Origin: Truepera sp.
GTDB taxonomy: Bacteria; Deinococcota; Deinococci; Deinococcales; Trueperaceae
Assembly: GCA_965218435.1 (NCBI GenBank)
Contig: CBDCKW010000009.1
Span: 640,001 to 704,000 of the forward strand
Direction: 5' to 3'
DNA: 64,000 bases
Both the position numbers and the translations under genes were made by a program. Every line of letters starts with the position of its first letter. Position 1 is the stretch's first letter. Shown here piece by piece: positions 49,642-58,373 of this stretch. The notes under the pieces were generated by a model. It saw only the letters and a list, made by a program, of their open reading frames with translations, searched no databases and was not told the origin of the DNA.

Positions 49642-49727
49642 ACGCCTCCTAAACGGCCCTGACGACGTTCCGGCTCCGGTTTTAACAACTGCCTGCGAAC
49701 GCTTATCTTTATTCAAGCCGTAAGGTA

Positions 49728-49757
49728 AGTATTCACGTGGAGTTTTACATTTGTCAA
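49728..49757 (-). promoter_or_regulatory. Possible promoter of the sugar operon
   Basis: TTGACA-N18-AATACT on the minus strand; imperfect -10. Confidence 0.4.
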
Positions 49758-49800
49758 GTCCCGCACTTTTAGAGTTTTTCTCCAAATAGTAAGCTGGGTT

Positions 49801-50712
49801 ATGAACAGCTATGCAGGACTAGGTATTGACGCGGGGGGCTCGAGCAGCCGTTGGCTCCTCTTTATAGCTGACGGCACCGTCTTGGCACAGGGTCAGACCG
49901 GCCCGCTGACTGGGCATATCTTTAGCGAAAACGACCCGCAGCTGGAACGGTTTGTTGGCATACTAGAGGCGGCTCGAGCGGTCCGTCCGCCGAACGCGCT
50001 CGTCGCCGGGATTACGGGGCTTCATCCGGGAACAGTTGCCCTTGACCTGTTTGCCCAGGCTGTGATGAAGGTGTTGGGCTTGAGTCCCAAGCGCACCGTT
50101 CTAGCCGATGACATGCACGTCGCGTTTAGGAGTGCGTTTAGACCGGGTGAAGGGATTCTCGTCTACGCCGGAACGGGCAGCGTCGCGTATCACGAGACGG
50201 TTACAGGTGAGGTCGTCAGGGCCGGGGGTTACGGCTATCTGGTTGACGACGCTGGGGCCGGGTTCTGGATCGGTCAGCAAGGACTCAGGGTGCTTTTTCG
50301 CCAAGTTGATGCAACCGGAAGGCCGTCCGAAACGCCGTTAGCTGGGGCGTTCTACGCGCGACTCGGTAGTCGTGACTGGTCCCAGATCATGCCGGTTATC
50401 TACGCGGGCGGGCGTGAGTTCGTGGCGTCGCTCGCCCCGGCGGTAGGGGAGGCCGAACGCGCCGGGGACGAGGTAGCGCGAGCGATTTTAGAAGGAGCGG
50501 GCGCTGAGTTGGCGCGACTTGTTACGGCCGTACAGGGGCGTTTGCCTGCGCCGTTACCGGTGGCGTTCGCGGGTGGGATTACGCGCCTTAGTAGGGTGGT
50601 TAAAGAGGGGCTCGAGACCAACCTCAACACCTCGGTCCGGCTGGTCCAGGCTGAACCGGTCGCAGCGGCGGCGCAGCTGGCACTTGACTTGGCTAAGGCT
50701 CCACATGCGTAA
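49801..50712 (+). CDS. BadF/BadG/BcrA/BcrD-type sugar (N-acetylhexosamine) kinase
   Basis: GIDAGGSS, YAGTGS, RAGGYGYLVDDAGAGFWIG. Confidence 0.88.
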   Translation: MNSYAGLGIDAGGSSSRWLLFIADGTVLAQGQTGPLTGHIFSENDPQLERFVGILEAARAVRPPNALVAGITGLHPGTVALDLFAQAVMKVLGLSPKRTVLADDMHVAFRSAFRPGEGILVYAGTGSVAYHETVTGEVVRAGGYGYLVDDAGAGFWIGQQGLRVLFRQVDATGRPSETPLAGAFYARLGSRDWSQIMPVIYAGGREFVASLAPAVGEAERAGDEVARAILEGAGAELARLVTAVQGRLPAPLPVAFAGGITRLSRVVKEGLETNLNTSVRLVQAEPVAAAAQLALDLAKAPHA

Positions 50713-51448
50713 GGTTGTGCTGATTACCGGCGGGGGCCGGGGCATCGGCGCAGCGACCGCGCGGCTAGCGGCAGAGCAAGGTTACGCGGTGTGCGTCAAC
50801 TACCGGCAGCGGCAAGCGGCGGCTGGGGCGCTCGTCTCAGAGCTGCGAGCGGCTGGGGCAGAAGCTATCGCGGTTCAGGCAGACATTTCGGTTGAAAGGG
50901 AGGTAATCAAGCTCTTTACGGCGGTAGATGATTTTGGCACGCTCCGTGCGCTGGTTAATAACGCGGGCACGCTCGAGCAGCAGGGTCGGCTCGAGGACTT
51001 GGACTTAGCTCGGCTGACACGCGTGTTCTCGACCAACGTCTTCGGTGCGTTTTTGTGTGCGCGTGAGGCGGTGCGGCGTATGTCTTGGCGTCACGGCGGG
51101 GCGGGTGGGGCCATCGTCAACGTCTCGTCGCTCGCTGCGACGAGCGGGTCACCGGGCGAATACATTGACTACGCCGCCAGCAAAGGTGCACTCGACACCA
51201 TGACGCTCGGGCTCGCGCGTGAGGTCGCCGGGGAGGGCGTCCGGGTCAACGCGGTCAGGCCGGGGTTTATCCACACCGAGATTCACGCGCAGGGAGGCGA
51301 ACCGGGGAGGTTGGGGCGGCTCGCTCCCACGGTCCCGATGGGGCGCGGCGGCCAACCCGAAGAGGTCGCCCGCGCGGTTCTCTGGCTCCTCTCGGATCAA
51401 GCGTCGTGTATCACCGGCACGTTGTTAGATGTGGCCGGGGGCCGCTAA
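50705..51448 (+). CDS. Short-chain dehydrogenase/reductase
   Basis: TGGGRGIG, NNAG, YAASK; start ATG 50705. Confidence 0.95.
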   Translation: MRKVVLITGGGRGIGAATARLAAEQGYAVCVNYRQRQAAAGALVSELRAAGAEAIAVQADISVEREVIKLFTAVDDFGTLRALVNNAGTLEQQGRLEDLDLARLTRVFSTNVFGAFLCAREAVRRMSWRHGGAGGAIVNVSSLAATSGSPGEYIDYAASKGALDTMTLGLAREVAGEGVRVNAVRPGFIHTEIHAQGGEPGRLGRLAPTVPMGRGGQPEEVARAVLWLLSDQASCITGTLLDVAGGR

Positions 51449-51537
51449 GCTATGTTCTCGCCTTCGCAAAATGTCAAACCTTCAGTGATGTTCTAATCAG
51501 GTGTGCTCACGAAACCGCTGCCTAGCCGAAAAAAGCG

Positions 51538-52716
51538 TTATTTTGAAATGCTCTGCAGCACGGGCCGCAACCGCCCAGCCAGATAAAACGACCCCGTGAC
51601 GACGACTTGACCCCCCGGTTGGCAGCGGGCTAGTGCGGCCTCGAGCGCCGCTTCCGGGTCTTCTACAAAGGTTAGCCCTGCTCGCTGCAACGTGCTCGCC
51701 TCGCCCGGTACAGCGTTGGTCAGGATGATGTGCTCGGCGTAGGGTTCTAAAACGGCTAATGTCTCCCGGCCAAGTTTTTTGGGGAGCGCCCCAAAAAGCA
51801 GGACAAAGGGCGGGTGGGTGTGCTCGAGCAGCGCCACGGCTGCGTCCGGATTGTGCGCCCCGTCGAGCAAAACTTCTTTATCCCATATCTGAAACCGCTC
51901 GGCGCGTGCGGGCAGCGTCGCCCTAAGTCCCTGACAGATGGCCACCTCGGGAATATCTTGCAACCGGAGCGCCGCTGCAACCAACTGTTGATTGCTCCTG
52001 ACTGTCGGCGTCGTAGGCTCGAGACCCACAGGCAGACGAAAAAGCGGGCTCTGCGGCGTGCTAAAAAAGAGTGGACTGCGCCGCCGTGCGGCAACCTCGG
52101 TAATGACTTCTAACGCCTCACCGGTCGCGCCGGTCAAGGTCGGGATGCCGGGGCGAATCGCGTCGGCTTTATCCTCGGCCACTTCACGCAAACTCGGCCC
52201 GAGCGTGTCTAAATGGTCGCGCCCGACGTTGGTAATCACGACAGCTCGGACGTTCTCCAACACCCGCGTCGCGTCGTGTTTGGCTCCAACCCCCGCCTCG
52301 ATCACCCCCCACGCGACCCTTTCACGGGTGAAATACCCTAGCGCCAGCGCCAAAGTCAGCTCAAAAAAAGCTGGAGCCGGGTCGAGTTCAGGGAGCTTTT
52401 GGATAAACTCGAGGACTTCCGCCTCAGTTATCCAGCTGCCGTCAACCGTGATGCGTTCCCGAAACTCAGCGACGTGCGGTGAGATGAACTGTCCCGTTTT
52501 GAAACCCGAAGCGCGAAACCCGGCGGCTAACATCGCCGTCACGCTCCCCTTGCCGTTGGTGCCGACTACATGCACAACGTTGGGGGGTGAGCGTAACGCG
52601 AGCGTCTCTATAAACCGCTGCATCCGCGCGGCGTCACGCACCGCGCCGCCACGCGTCTGAGCAAAAAGCCACTCGAGCGCACGCGTATAGGTCAGATCGG
52701 AGCGGGGTCCTAACAT
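51538..52716 (-). CDS. folC: Folylpolyglutamate synthase/dihydrofolate synthase
   Basis: HVVGTNGKGS, SPH, DGAHNP, TGSFYL. Confidence 0.92.
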   Translation of the reverse strand: MLGPRSDLTYTRALEWLFAQTRGGAVRDAARMQRFIETLALRSPPNVVHVVGTNGKGSVTAMLAAGFRASGFKTGQFISPHVAEFRERITVDGSWITEAEVLEFIQKLPELDPAPAFFELTLALALGYFTRERVAWGVIEAGVGAKHDATRVLENVRAVVITNVGRDHLDTLGPSLREVAEDKADAIRPGIPTLTGATGEALEVITEVAARRRSPLFFSTPQSPLFRLPVGLEPTTPTVRSNQQLVAAALRLQDIPEVAICQGLRATLPARAERFQIWDKEVLLDGAHNPDAAVALLEHTHPPFVLLFGALPKKLGRETLAVLEPYAEHIILTNAVPGEASTLQRAGLTFVEDPEAALEAALARCQPGGQVVVTGSFYLAGRLRPVLQSISK

Positions 52717-52829
52717 GCAGTTTTGCAGCATAGCGTATTTGGCGGGGGTCCGTTGGGAGCGAGCCTCTGTAACAGCTCCCGCTGTCCTCGTTGCGTCTTA
52801 ACCAGTGGCGAATGGGTCACAATAGAAGC

Positions 52830-54131
52830 ATGATTCAAGCTGACCTAGCCCGCGCTTTAGTCGAAACGCACCCGCTCGAGGCGGCCCGCATCTTCGAGCG
52901 GCTCGAGCCGCGTGAAGTCGTTGACGAGTTATCAAACTTTGAGCTCGACCTGCGTGCTCCGGTGCTCGAGTGGTTCTCGCCGGATTTTGCTGCCCGCGTG
53001 TTGCAAGAGTTGTCCCCCGAAGAGGCCGCCCAACTGGTGCGTGAACTCCCTTCAGAAGATACCAACGACATCTTTGAATACCTGCCCGAACGTGAGCGGC
53101 AGGCGCTTTTGGAGCGGCTCCCGAGTGCCCACGCCGAAGAGCTCGAAGAACTCGCCGAGTACGCAGAAGACACGGCGGGCAGCATTATGTCGCGTGATTA
53201 CGTCGCTCTCCGCGAAGGGGCCATCGTTGCCGACGCGCTGACCCGCCTGCGCCGCCTCGCTATCGTCGGCCGTGATGTGAACTACGTTTACGTGGTAGAT
53301 GAGGCGAGGGTTCTCAAAGGCGTGCTTCTGATGCGCGACCTCGTGCTCAACTTGCCTCTGACGCCGCTCGCTCAAGTGATGGTCACCGACGTGCTGCACG
53401 TCTACGCAGAAGACCCGCTCGACGAGGTGCGAGACGCGCTTTTAGAGCGCAACTTGCTCTCAGTTCCGGTCATTGACGAGCACGAGCGGTTACGCGGCGT
53501 GATCTTAGCTACGCAGCTCGTCAGCGAGCTGCAAGAAGAGGGCTTCGAGGACGCGCAAAAGATGTTCGGAGCCGGATCGGACGAGCACGCGTCATCATCG
53601 GCAAGGTTTTCAATTCGCAAACGGTTGCCGTGGATGCAGGTCAATCTGCTCACCGCATTTTTAGCGGCGGCAGTTGTCGGCGCGTTCGACGGCATCATCG
53701 CGCAGATTACGATTTTGGCGGCTTTTCTGCCGGTCGTCGCCGGTCAGGGGGGCAATGCGGGCGCACAAGCTCAAGCCGTCATGCTCCGCTCGCTCGCCCT
53801 GGAAGACGTAGACATCGGGCGTTCGCGCAAGGTGCTCTTAAAAGAAGGGATCGTAGGCGCAGTCAACGGCGCGGCAACCGGTGTCGTGGCCGGGGCCGCC
53901 GCATCGCTCTTTAGCGGCAACGTTGCGCTCGGGGTCGTCGTTGCCGCTGCGATGACCGTCAATCTGCTCGTGGCGGGCGTGGCCGGGGCCGGAATCCCCC
54001 TCATCATGGAGCGGCTCGGGCAGGACCCGGCGCAGTCGTCGAACATCATCTTGACAACTGTGACCGACGTGCTGGGGTTTGCGTCGTTTTTGGGGTTTGC
54101 GGTGTTGGCGCGGCCTTGGTTACTGAACTGA
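52830..54131 (+). CDS. mgtE: Magnesium transporter MgtE
   Basis: MgtE-N domain, CBS pair, GGNAGAQ, DPA, TTVTD. Confidence 0.93.
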   Translation: MIQADLARALVETHPLEAARIFERLEPREVVDELSNFELDLRAPVLEWFSPDFAARVLQELSPEEAAQLVRELPSEDTNDIFEYLPERERQALLERLPSAHAEELEELAEYAEDTAGSIMSRDYVALREGAIVADALTRLRRLAIVGRDVNYVYVVDEARVLKGVLLMRDLVLNLPLTPLAQVMVTDVLHVYAEDPLDEVRDALLERNLLSVPVIDEHERLRGVILATQLVSELQEEGFEDAQKMFGAGSDEHASSSARFSIRKRLPWMQVNLLTAFLAAAVVGAFDGIIAQITILAAFLPVVAGQGGNAGAQAQAVMLRSLALEDVDIGRSRKVLLKEGIVGAVNGAATGVVAGAAASLFSGNVALGVVVAAAMTVNLLVAGVAGAGIPLIMERLGQDPAQSSNIILTTVTDVLGFASFLGFAVLARPWLLN

Positions 54132-54157
54132 GTTTTCGGGGCTCGAGCATAATAAAG

Positions 54158-54181
54158 GGCGAGAAGTTGCAGCTTCTCGCC
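54158..54181. terminator. Hairpin between convergent mgtE and lipoprotein genes
   Basis: GGCGAGAAG-ttgcag-CTTCTCGCC. Confidence 0.65.
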
Positions 54182-54213
54182 TTACGGCTTTTAGTTAGAC
54201 AGTACGCTTTTAT

Positions 54214-55437
54214 TTAGCGCACCCAAACTTGCCTACCTTCACCGTTCAAACGTATGAGAAAGGCGTCAAGGTAGCCACCATTATAACCAGCACCCAAATT
54301 ATGCTTCGTCTCACCTGTGATATATAACTCATCAGCTTGGCGCACGACCACATCGTTTATTCTTGATTCGTCACCTCCTTTTCTAAGGTCTCCAGCAAAC
54401 ATAGTTTGGCTGAGCAGGCGACCTGAGGGTGCGTACTTACGCAAAATGAGTGATTTCACACCGTAGAAGCCCGCAACGACATAGATATTGTGCTTGCTAT
54501 CTACGTCAATCGAGATACCGTAATCAGGCTTTTTAGTTCCAAAAGATCTGTTCCAGACCCGCTTACCATCGAGTCCGTATTCAGTGACGGTTACATCAGA
54601 TTCTTCTTCGGATGCATACTCGTTATCTTGTAAAACCCAAGTTTTAAGGCCGAGCAGTACAAGTGCATCTCGGTCAATAACCATGTCTTGGACCTCAACA
54701 CTGTCAGCTGTGCCTTTAGGCATAAGCCGTGTCCAGATAAGTTCACCTGACGGATCGAACTTATAGATGGTGTCGGAAACGTATTGGGTTCCGCCACTTC
54801 CAACTGTATAAAGGTTGCCTCCCGTATCTGTAACTGAAGGGCCAGAAAAACTTTTGTCAGGTAGCTGTCTGGCCCACATCAAGCCGCCGTTTTGGTCGTA
54901 CTTACGAACGAGGCTTCTAAAATTGCTATTTTGCCCTATAACGTAAAACTCACCGGTCGGAGTAGCGTTGATGCTGAAGACTATACGAACCCCATCTAAA
55001 GAGCGACGCCACAGCTCTTGACCTGCCGCTGTATATTTGAACAGTTCGCTCGTACCATCACCGCTACCACTGCTTGTAGCTAAAGCTACAATAACGTTCC
55101 CACCAAAATCTTCCGTAAACTCAGTTAAAGACTCACTGTTTGTGGCGTTGAATAGCTTTTTCCAAACTAATGTACCGGCTGATGTATAGCGGCGCAGAAA
55201 CGCGTGCGCGTTAATCCTACGAAGTCCGTAGTCTTCATATTCGTCTATGCTACCCATCACATAGACAGCACCAGCCTGTTTACTTACAAGAACCTGTTCC
55301 CCTATATCGGCATTGCTTTTGCCAAACTGCGGCGCAAGCGTCTCAGGCTGAGCCTGCGGTGTAGGTAGCTGACTACAAGCTGCCACTAAAAGTGTAAAAG
55401 CTGACGCAACCAACAAACGTAAACGGACGTGTTTCAT
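54214..55437 (-). CDS. Beta-propeller (SBBP-like) lipoprotein, AT-rich
   Basis: Lipobox VAAC; repeated (K/R)Y...G..(L/V)W blades; lower GC than flanks. Confidence 0.75.
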   Translation of the reverse strand: MKHVRLRLLVASAFTLLVAACSQLPTPQAQPETLAPQFGKSNADIGEQVLVSKQAGAVYVMGSIDEYEDYGLRRINAHAFLRRYTSAGTLVWKKLFNATNSESLTEFTEDFGGNVIVALATSSGSGDGTSELFKYTAAGQELWRRSLDGVRIVFSINATPTGEFYVIGQNSNFRSLVRKYDQNGGLMWARQLPDKSFSGPSVTDTGGNLYTVGSGGTQYVSDTIYKFDPSGELIWTRLMPKGTADSVEVQDMVIDRDALVLLGLKTWVLQDNEYASEEESDVTVTEYGLDGKRVWNRSFGTKKPDYGISIDVDSKHNIYVVAGFYGVKSLILRKYAPSGRLLSQTMFAGDLRKGGDESRINDVVVRQADELYITGETKHNLGAGYNGGYLDAFLIRLNGEGRQVWVR

Positions 55438-55580
55438 ACGGTTCTCCCCTGATTAAATTGTTTTACAAGGGTTAATTTAGTCGCCTTACCTTAAGCTCAC
55501 CTGAGTATCATCTCTTCATTTTCTTCATAAAAATCTTAGGCTTTTATGCGTTGGTTAAACTTTTTCGCTAAGCTGAACTT

Positions 55581-56387
55581 ATGAATACAGCGACTTACTT
55601 GAAGCGTATTGGGTACACAGGAAGTCATAAGCCTACTTTTGAAACCCTTAAAGACTTGCACCGGGCGCACCTGTCTTCTATCCCTTACGAAAACCTCGGT
55701 ATTCATCTGGGACAGCCGCTTACGCTCGAGCTCCCCCAAATTTTTGACAAGCTCGTCACCCAAAAGCGCGGTGGCTGGTGCTTTGAGATGAATGGGCTCT
55801 TTGCCTGGGCGCTCCGCGAGCTGGGCTTTGACGTAACGCTTCTAGGCGCGGTGGTCAACCGGACTCAGCTCGACGGTGCGGCGCGGGGTCATCTGGCGCT
55901 ACGGGTCGAGCTCGAGCAGCCTTACCTTTGCGACGTAGGGTTCGGCGATGGGTTACTTGGGCCTATCCCCCTAACAGTCGGGCACTATCAGCAGGGATTT
56001 TTGGATTATGAACTTACACGTTCTGGAGCAAACTGGTACCTGCGCAACCAACCTTACGGCGCGGCGTCGGGCTTTTGTTTTGATTTAACGCCGTACCAAC
56101 TGGGGGATTTCGCCGAGGTATGCCACGCGCTGCAAACCTCACCCGAGTCGGGGTTCGTCCGGGTCACGGTTTGTACGCGGTTTAACGCCAACGGGTACGC
56201 CGCGCTCCGTGGAGCAACGCTGCGCACGGTGACGGCGGCAGGTGCAAATGAGCGAGTGCTGGAAAACGCCGCTGACTTCGGTACTGTGCTAAAGCGTAGG
56301 TTTGGCCTCGAGCACCCCGACCTTGCCGCCCTCTGGCCCGGTATTTGGGAGAGCCATCTGGCGTGGGTTGCGGCCACTCAAAGTTGA
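55581..56387 (+). CDS. Arylamine N-acetyltransferase
   Basis: IPYENL, RGGWCFE (Cys), GHL (His), DVGFG (Asp) triad. Confidence 0.93.
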   Translation: MNTATYLKRIGYTGSHKPTFETLKDLHRAHLSSIPYENLGIHLGQPLTLELPQIFDKLVTQKRGGWCFEMNGLFAWALRELGFDVTLLGAVVNRTQLDGAARGHLALRVELEQPYLCDVGFGDGLLGPIPLTVGHYQQGFLDYELTRSGANWYLRNQPYGAASGFCFDLTPYQLGDFAEVCHALQTSPESGFVRVTVCTRFNANGYAALRGATLRTVTAAGANERVLENAADFGTVLKRRFGLEHPDLAALWPGIWESHLAWVAATQS

Positions 56388-56392
56388 TCCCG

Positions 56393-56809
56393 CTAGGTTA
56401 AAGTTTTGAGCGCCCCGAGCCCGAGCGTCACGTACCTGCTGCTAGGTAGGGTCTCGAGCTCTCCCTGACCAAACCAACCATAAGATTCATGCTCACGGCT
56501 GAGCGTGATGGTTGCAGAGGCGGAGCGGCAGGTATAGATAATGTGGAGAACGTAAACGTTTTCTTCCGCGTCAAACAAACTGCTGACTTTAAGCGGGGTG
56601 AACTGCTCGAGTTTTAACCCGGTTTCTTCAAAAACCTCTCTTGTCAGTGCCACCTCGTGAAGCTCGCCCCATTCGACATTGCCTCCCGGAAAATCCCAGT
56701 CGCCGGGTCTAAAGCTATCGTCGGTGCTTCGTTTGAGAAGCAGAACTTTAGGACTGTCGGGATGAAAAATGGCGACCTTTTGCAAAAATCTGATGGCTTC
56801 GGTGAACAT
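56393..56809 (-). CDS. NUDIX hydrolase
   Basis: PGGNVEWGELHEVALTREVFEETGL. Confidence 0.9.
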   Translation of the reverse strand: MFTEAIRFLQKVAIFHPDSPKVLLLKRSTDDSFRPGDWDFPGGNVEWGELHEVALTREVFEETGLKLEQFTPLKVSSLFDAEENVYVLHIIYTCRSASATITLSREHESYGWFGQGELETLPSSRYVTLGLGALKTLT

Positions 56810-56815
56810 CCTTTA

Positions 56816-57508
56816 CTACGGGGCGTGTCGCCGTCTGCGCCCGCCCCGCCTGCGCCGTTTTCCAGAACGTTCTTTCGCCGGTTCTTTGGTGGCGCTCAGC
56901 GTGCCGTCTTCTTGGACCGTCCGCACTAAAAACGCCTCGACGTGGCCGTATTGGGTCGGTTGCAGCAGCCGCACGAGCGCGTGCGGCGGTTCTGCGTCTA
57001 CATAGACGTACGCGGGACCGGGGCGGAGCACGTAGCCGTAGGTGAGGCGTTCCCCTTGGGCGGTCTCGAGCGGCCATTCGCCCAAACTCTCGACCAGTAC
57101 ATCTTTGCCGAGCAGCGGCACACGCTTTTTCAGCGCCGAGCCGTGCGCGAGTCCCCGGATGATGTGAAGCAGCCCGAGCGGGTCGCTGTAGGGGCGCAGA
57201 TAAGGAACTTCGGTGCGCCCAAGCTGCGTGCCAAGCTGCCGCGTTGCTTGAACCACCCCGCTGCGTGCGTCGAAGGTGACCTCAAAGGTATGTTTTTCCC
57301 CACCCGTGTCGGTTTCACTAAAATATAAGCTTTCGCCGCTCGCACTTAAAATACGGCTCGTCTGCTCTAAGCTGTGCGAGCCGAGTGCGCCTTGAAACAG
57401 GGCGCGGCTCTCGAGCGTCGTGACCCGCGGCGTCACCGACGTTTTAAGCACTTGTGATCCGACGGCTTTGGCACCGAGTGAGAGAGCGTAAGAGAGCGTT
57501 TCAACCAT
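56816..57508 (-). CDS. Conserved hypothetical protein with Arg-rich tail
   Basis: 230-aa ORF in the apparent recQ run, preceded by TAAGCT-5 nt-ATG. Confidence 0.7.
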   Translation of the reverse strand: MVETLSYALSLGAKAVGSQVLKTSVTPRVTTLESRALFQGALGSHSLEQTSRILSASGESLYFSETDTGGEKHTFEVTFDARSGVVQATRQLGTQLGRTEVPYLRPYSDPLGLLHIIRGLAHGSALKKRVPLLGKDVLVESLGEWPLETAQGERLTYGYVLRPGPAYVYVDAEPPHALVRLLQPTQYGHVEAFLVRTVQEDGTLSATKEPAKERSGKRRRRGGRRRRHAP

Positions 57509-57563
57509 GCCTCAGCTTACCTTGCTCTGTTAGGGACGCTGTAGCTAAAGCACTGTGTTAAAA

Positions 57564-58373
57564 CTAGAGCTCTGCGCTAAAAAATGTACCGTGCAGCTCG
57601 AGCTTGACTTTACCTTCCAAGCGCACCACCGTCAGGTAAGCGTACTCGTCCCCGACGCCGTTCATGTCTAAGAGCAGCGCCCGCCCCTGCGAGACAAAAT
57701 GGACGCCGCCCCGGACCGGCGTGTGCCCGTAAACGCCGAAGCGGTAGGGCGTCTCAGCCAGCACGTCGCGCGGTTCTAAAATCCAGTCGCGGCGGTTTTC
57801 TAAATAAAAGCTTGCGTCGTAGCGGTTGTGTTCAGGTTTCGGCCCGACGTGGGCGAAGTGTAGGCCACGGAAGTGCAGCCCGTCTACGACCAGCTCGCGC
57901 GGCCACGTTGCCAGCCACGCCGCTAAGTCAGCAGGAAGTGACCGACCGGGCGCACGCCATTCGTAGTGGGGCAGTGTATCGGTTTGTAACACGCCCTCGC
58001 CTGCGTTAAGCGCGTTGTGGTCGTGATTGCCGAGTAAAATCGTGACGTTTCCGGGAGCGCGGTCACAAAACGTTTTGACCTCACGTAAAAACGCCTCTTG
58101 TGCGGTTTCGGCTTTGACAACGTCCGCTGGGTGATGCTCGTCGAAGGTGCGCTGACCGATCAGAGCGGCGTAACTCGCACGCGTTTTGGCGTGAACGAGG
58201 TCGCCGAGTAAGATAAGGTGCGTTTCGCCCTTGGTTAGTTCAGCAGAGGGTTGCTGATCCTCAGCGAGCAGACCGGCTTCGCGTAAAATACGCCAGAACT
58301 TATCAGCTTGGGCGTGAATATCGCCGACGACGACGAGCTTGTCGGCGGTAAGCTGACGAGCTTCGGGCGTCAC
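57564..58373 (-). CDS. Calcineurin-like metallophosphoesterase
   Basis: GDIH, GDLV, GNHD, GHT; GTG start overlaps the recQ TGA. Confidence 0.88.
   Translation of the reverse strand: MTPEARQLTADKLVVVGDIHAQADKFWRILREAGLLAEDQQPSAELTKGETHLILLGDLVHAKTRASYAALIGQRTFDEHHPADVVKAETAQEAFLREVKTFCDRAPGNVTILLGNHDHNALNAGEGVLQTDTLPHYEWRAPGRSLPADLAAWLATWPRELVVDGLHFRGLHFAHVGPKPEHNRYDASFYLENRRDWILEPRDVLAETPYRFGVYGHTPVRGGVHFVSQGRALLLDMNGVGDEYAYLTVVRLEGKVKLELHGTFFSAEL

Noticed and set aside
49642..49785. 48-aa N-terminal extension of the sugar SBP from TTG 49785
   Set aside because: Would bury the signal peptide and run through the divergent promoter region; the RBS sits at 49645-49650
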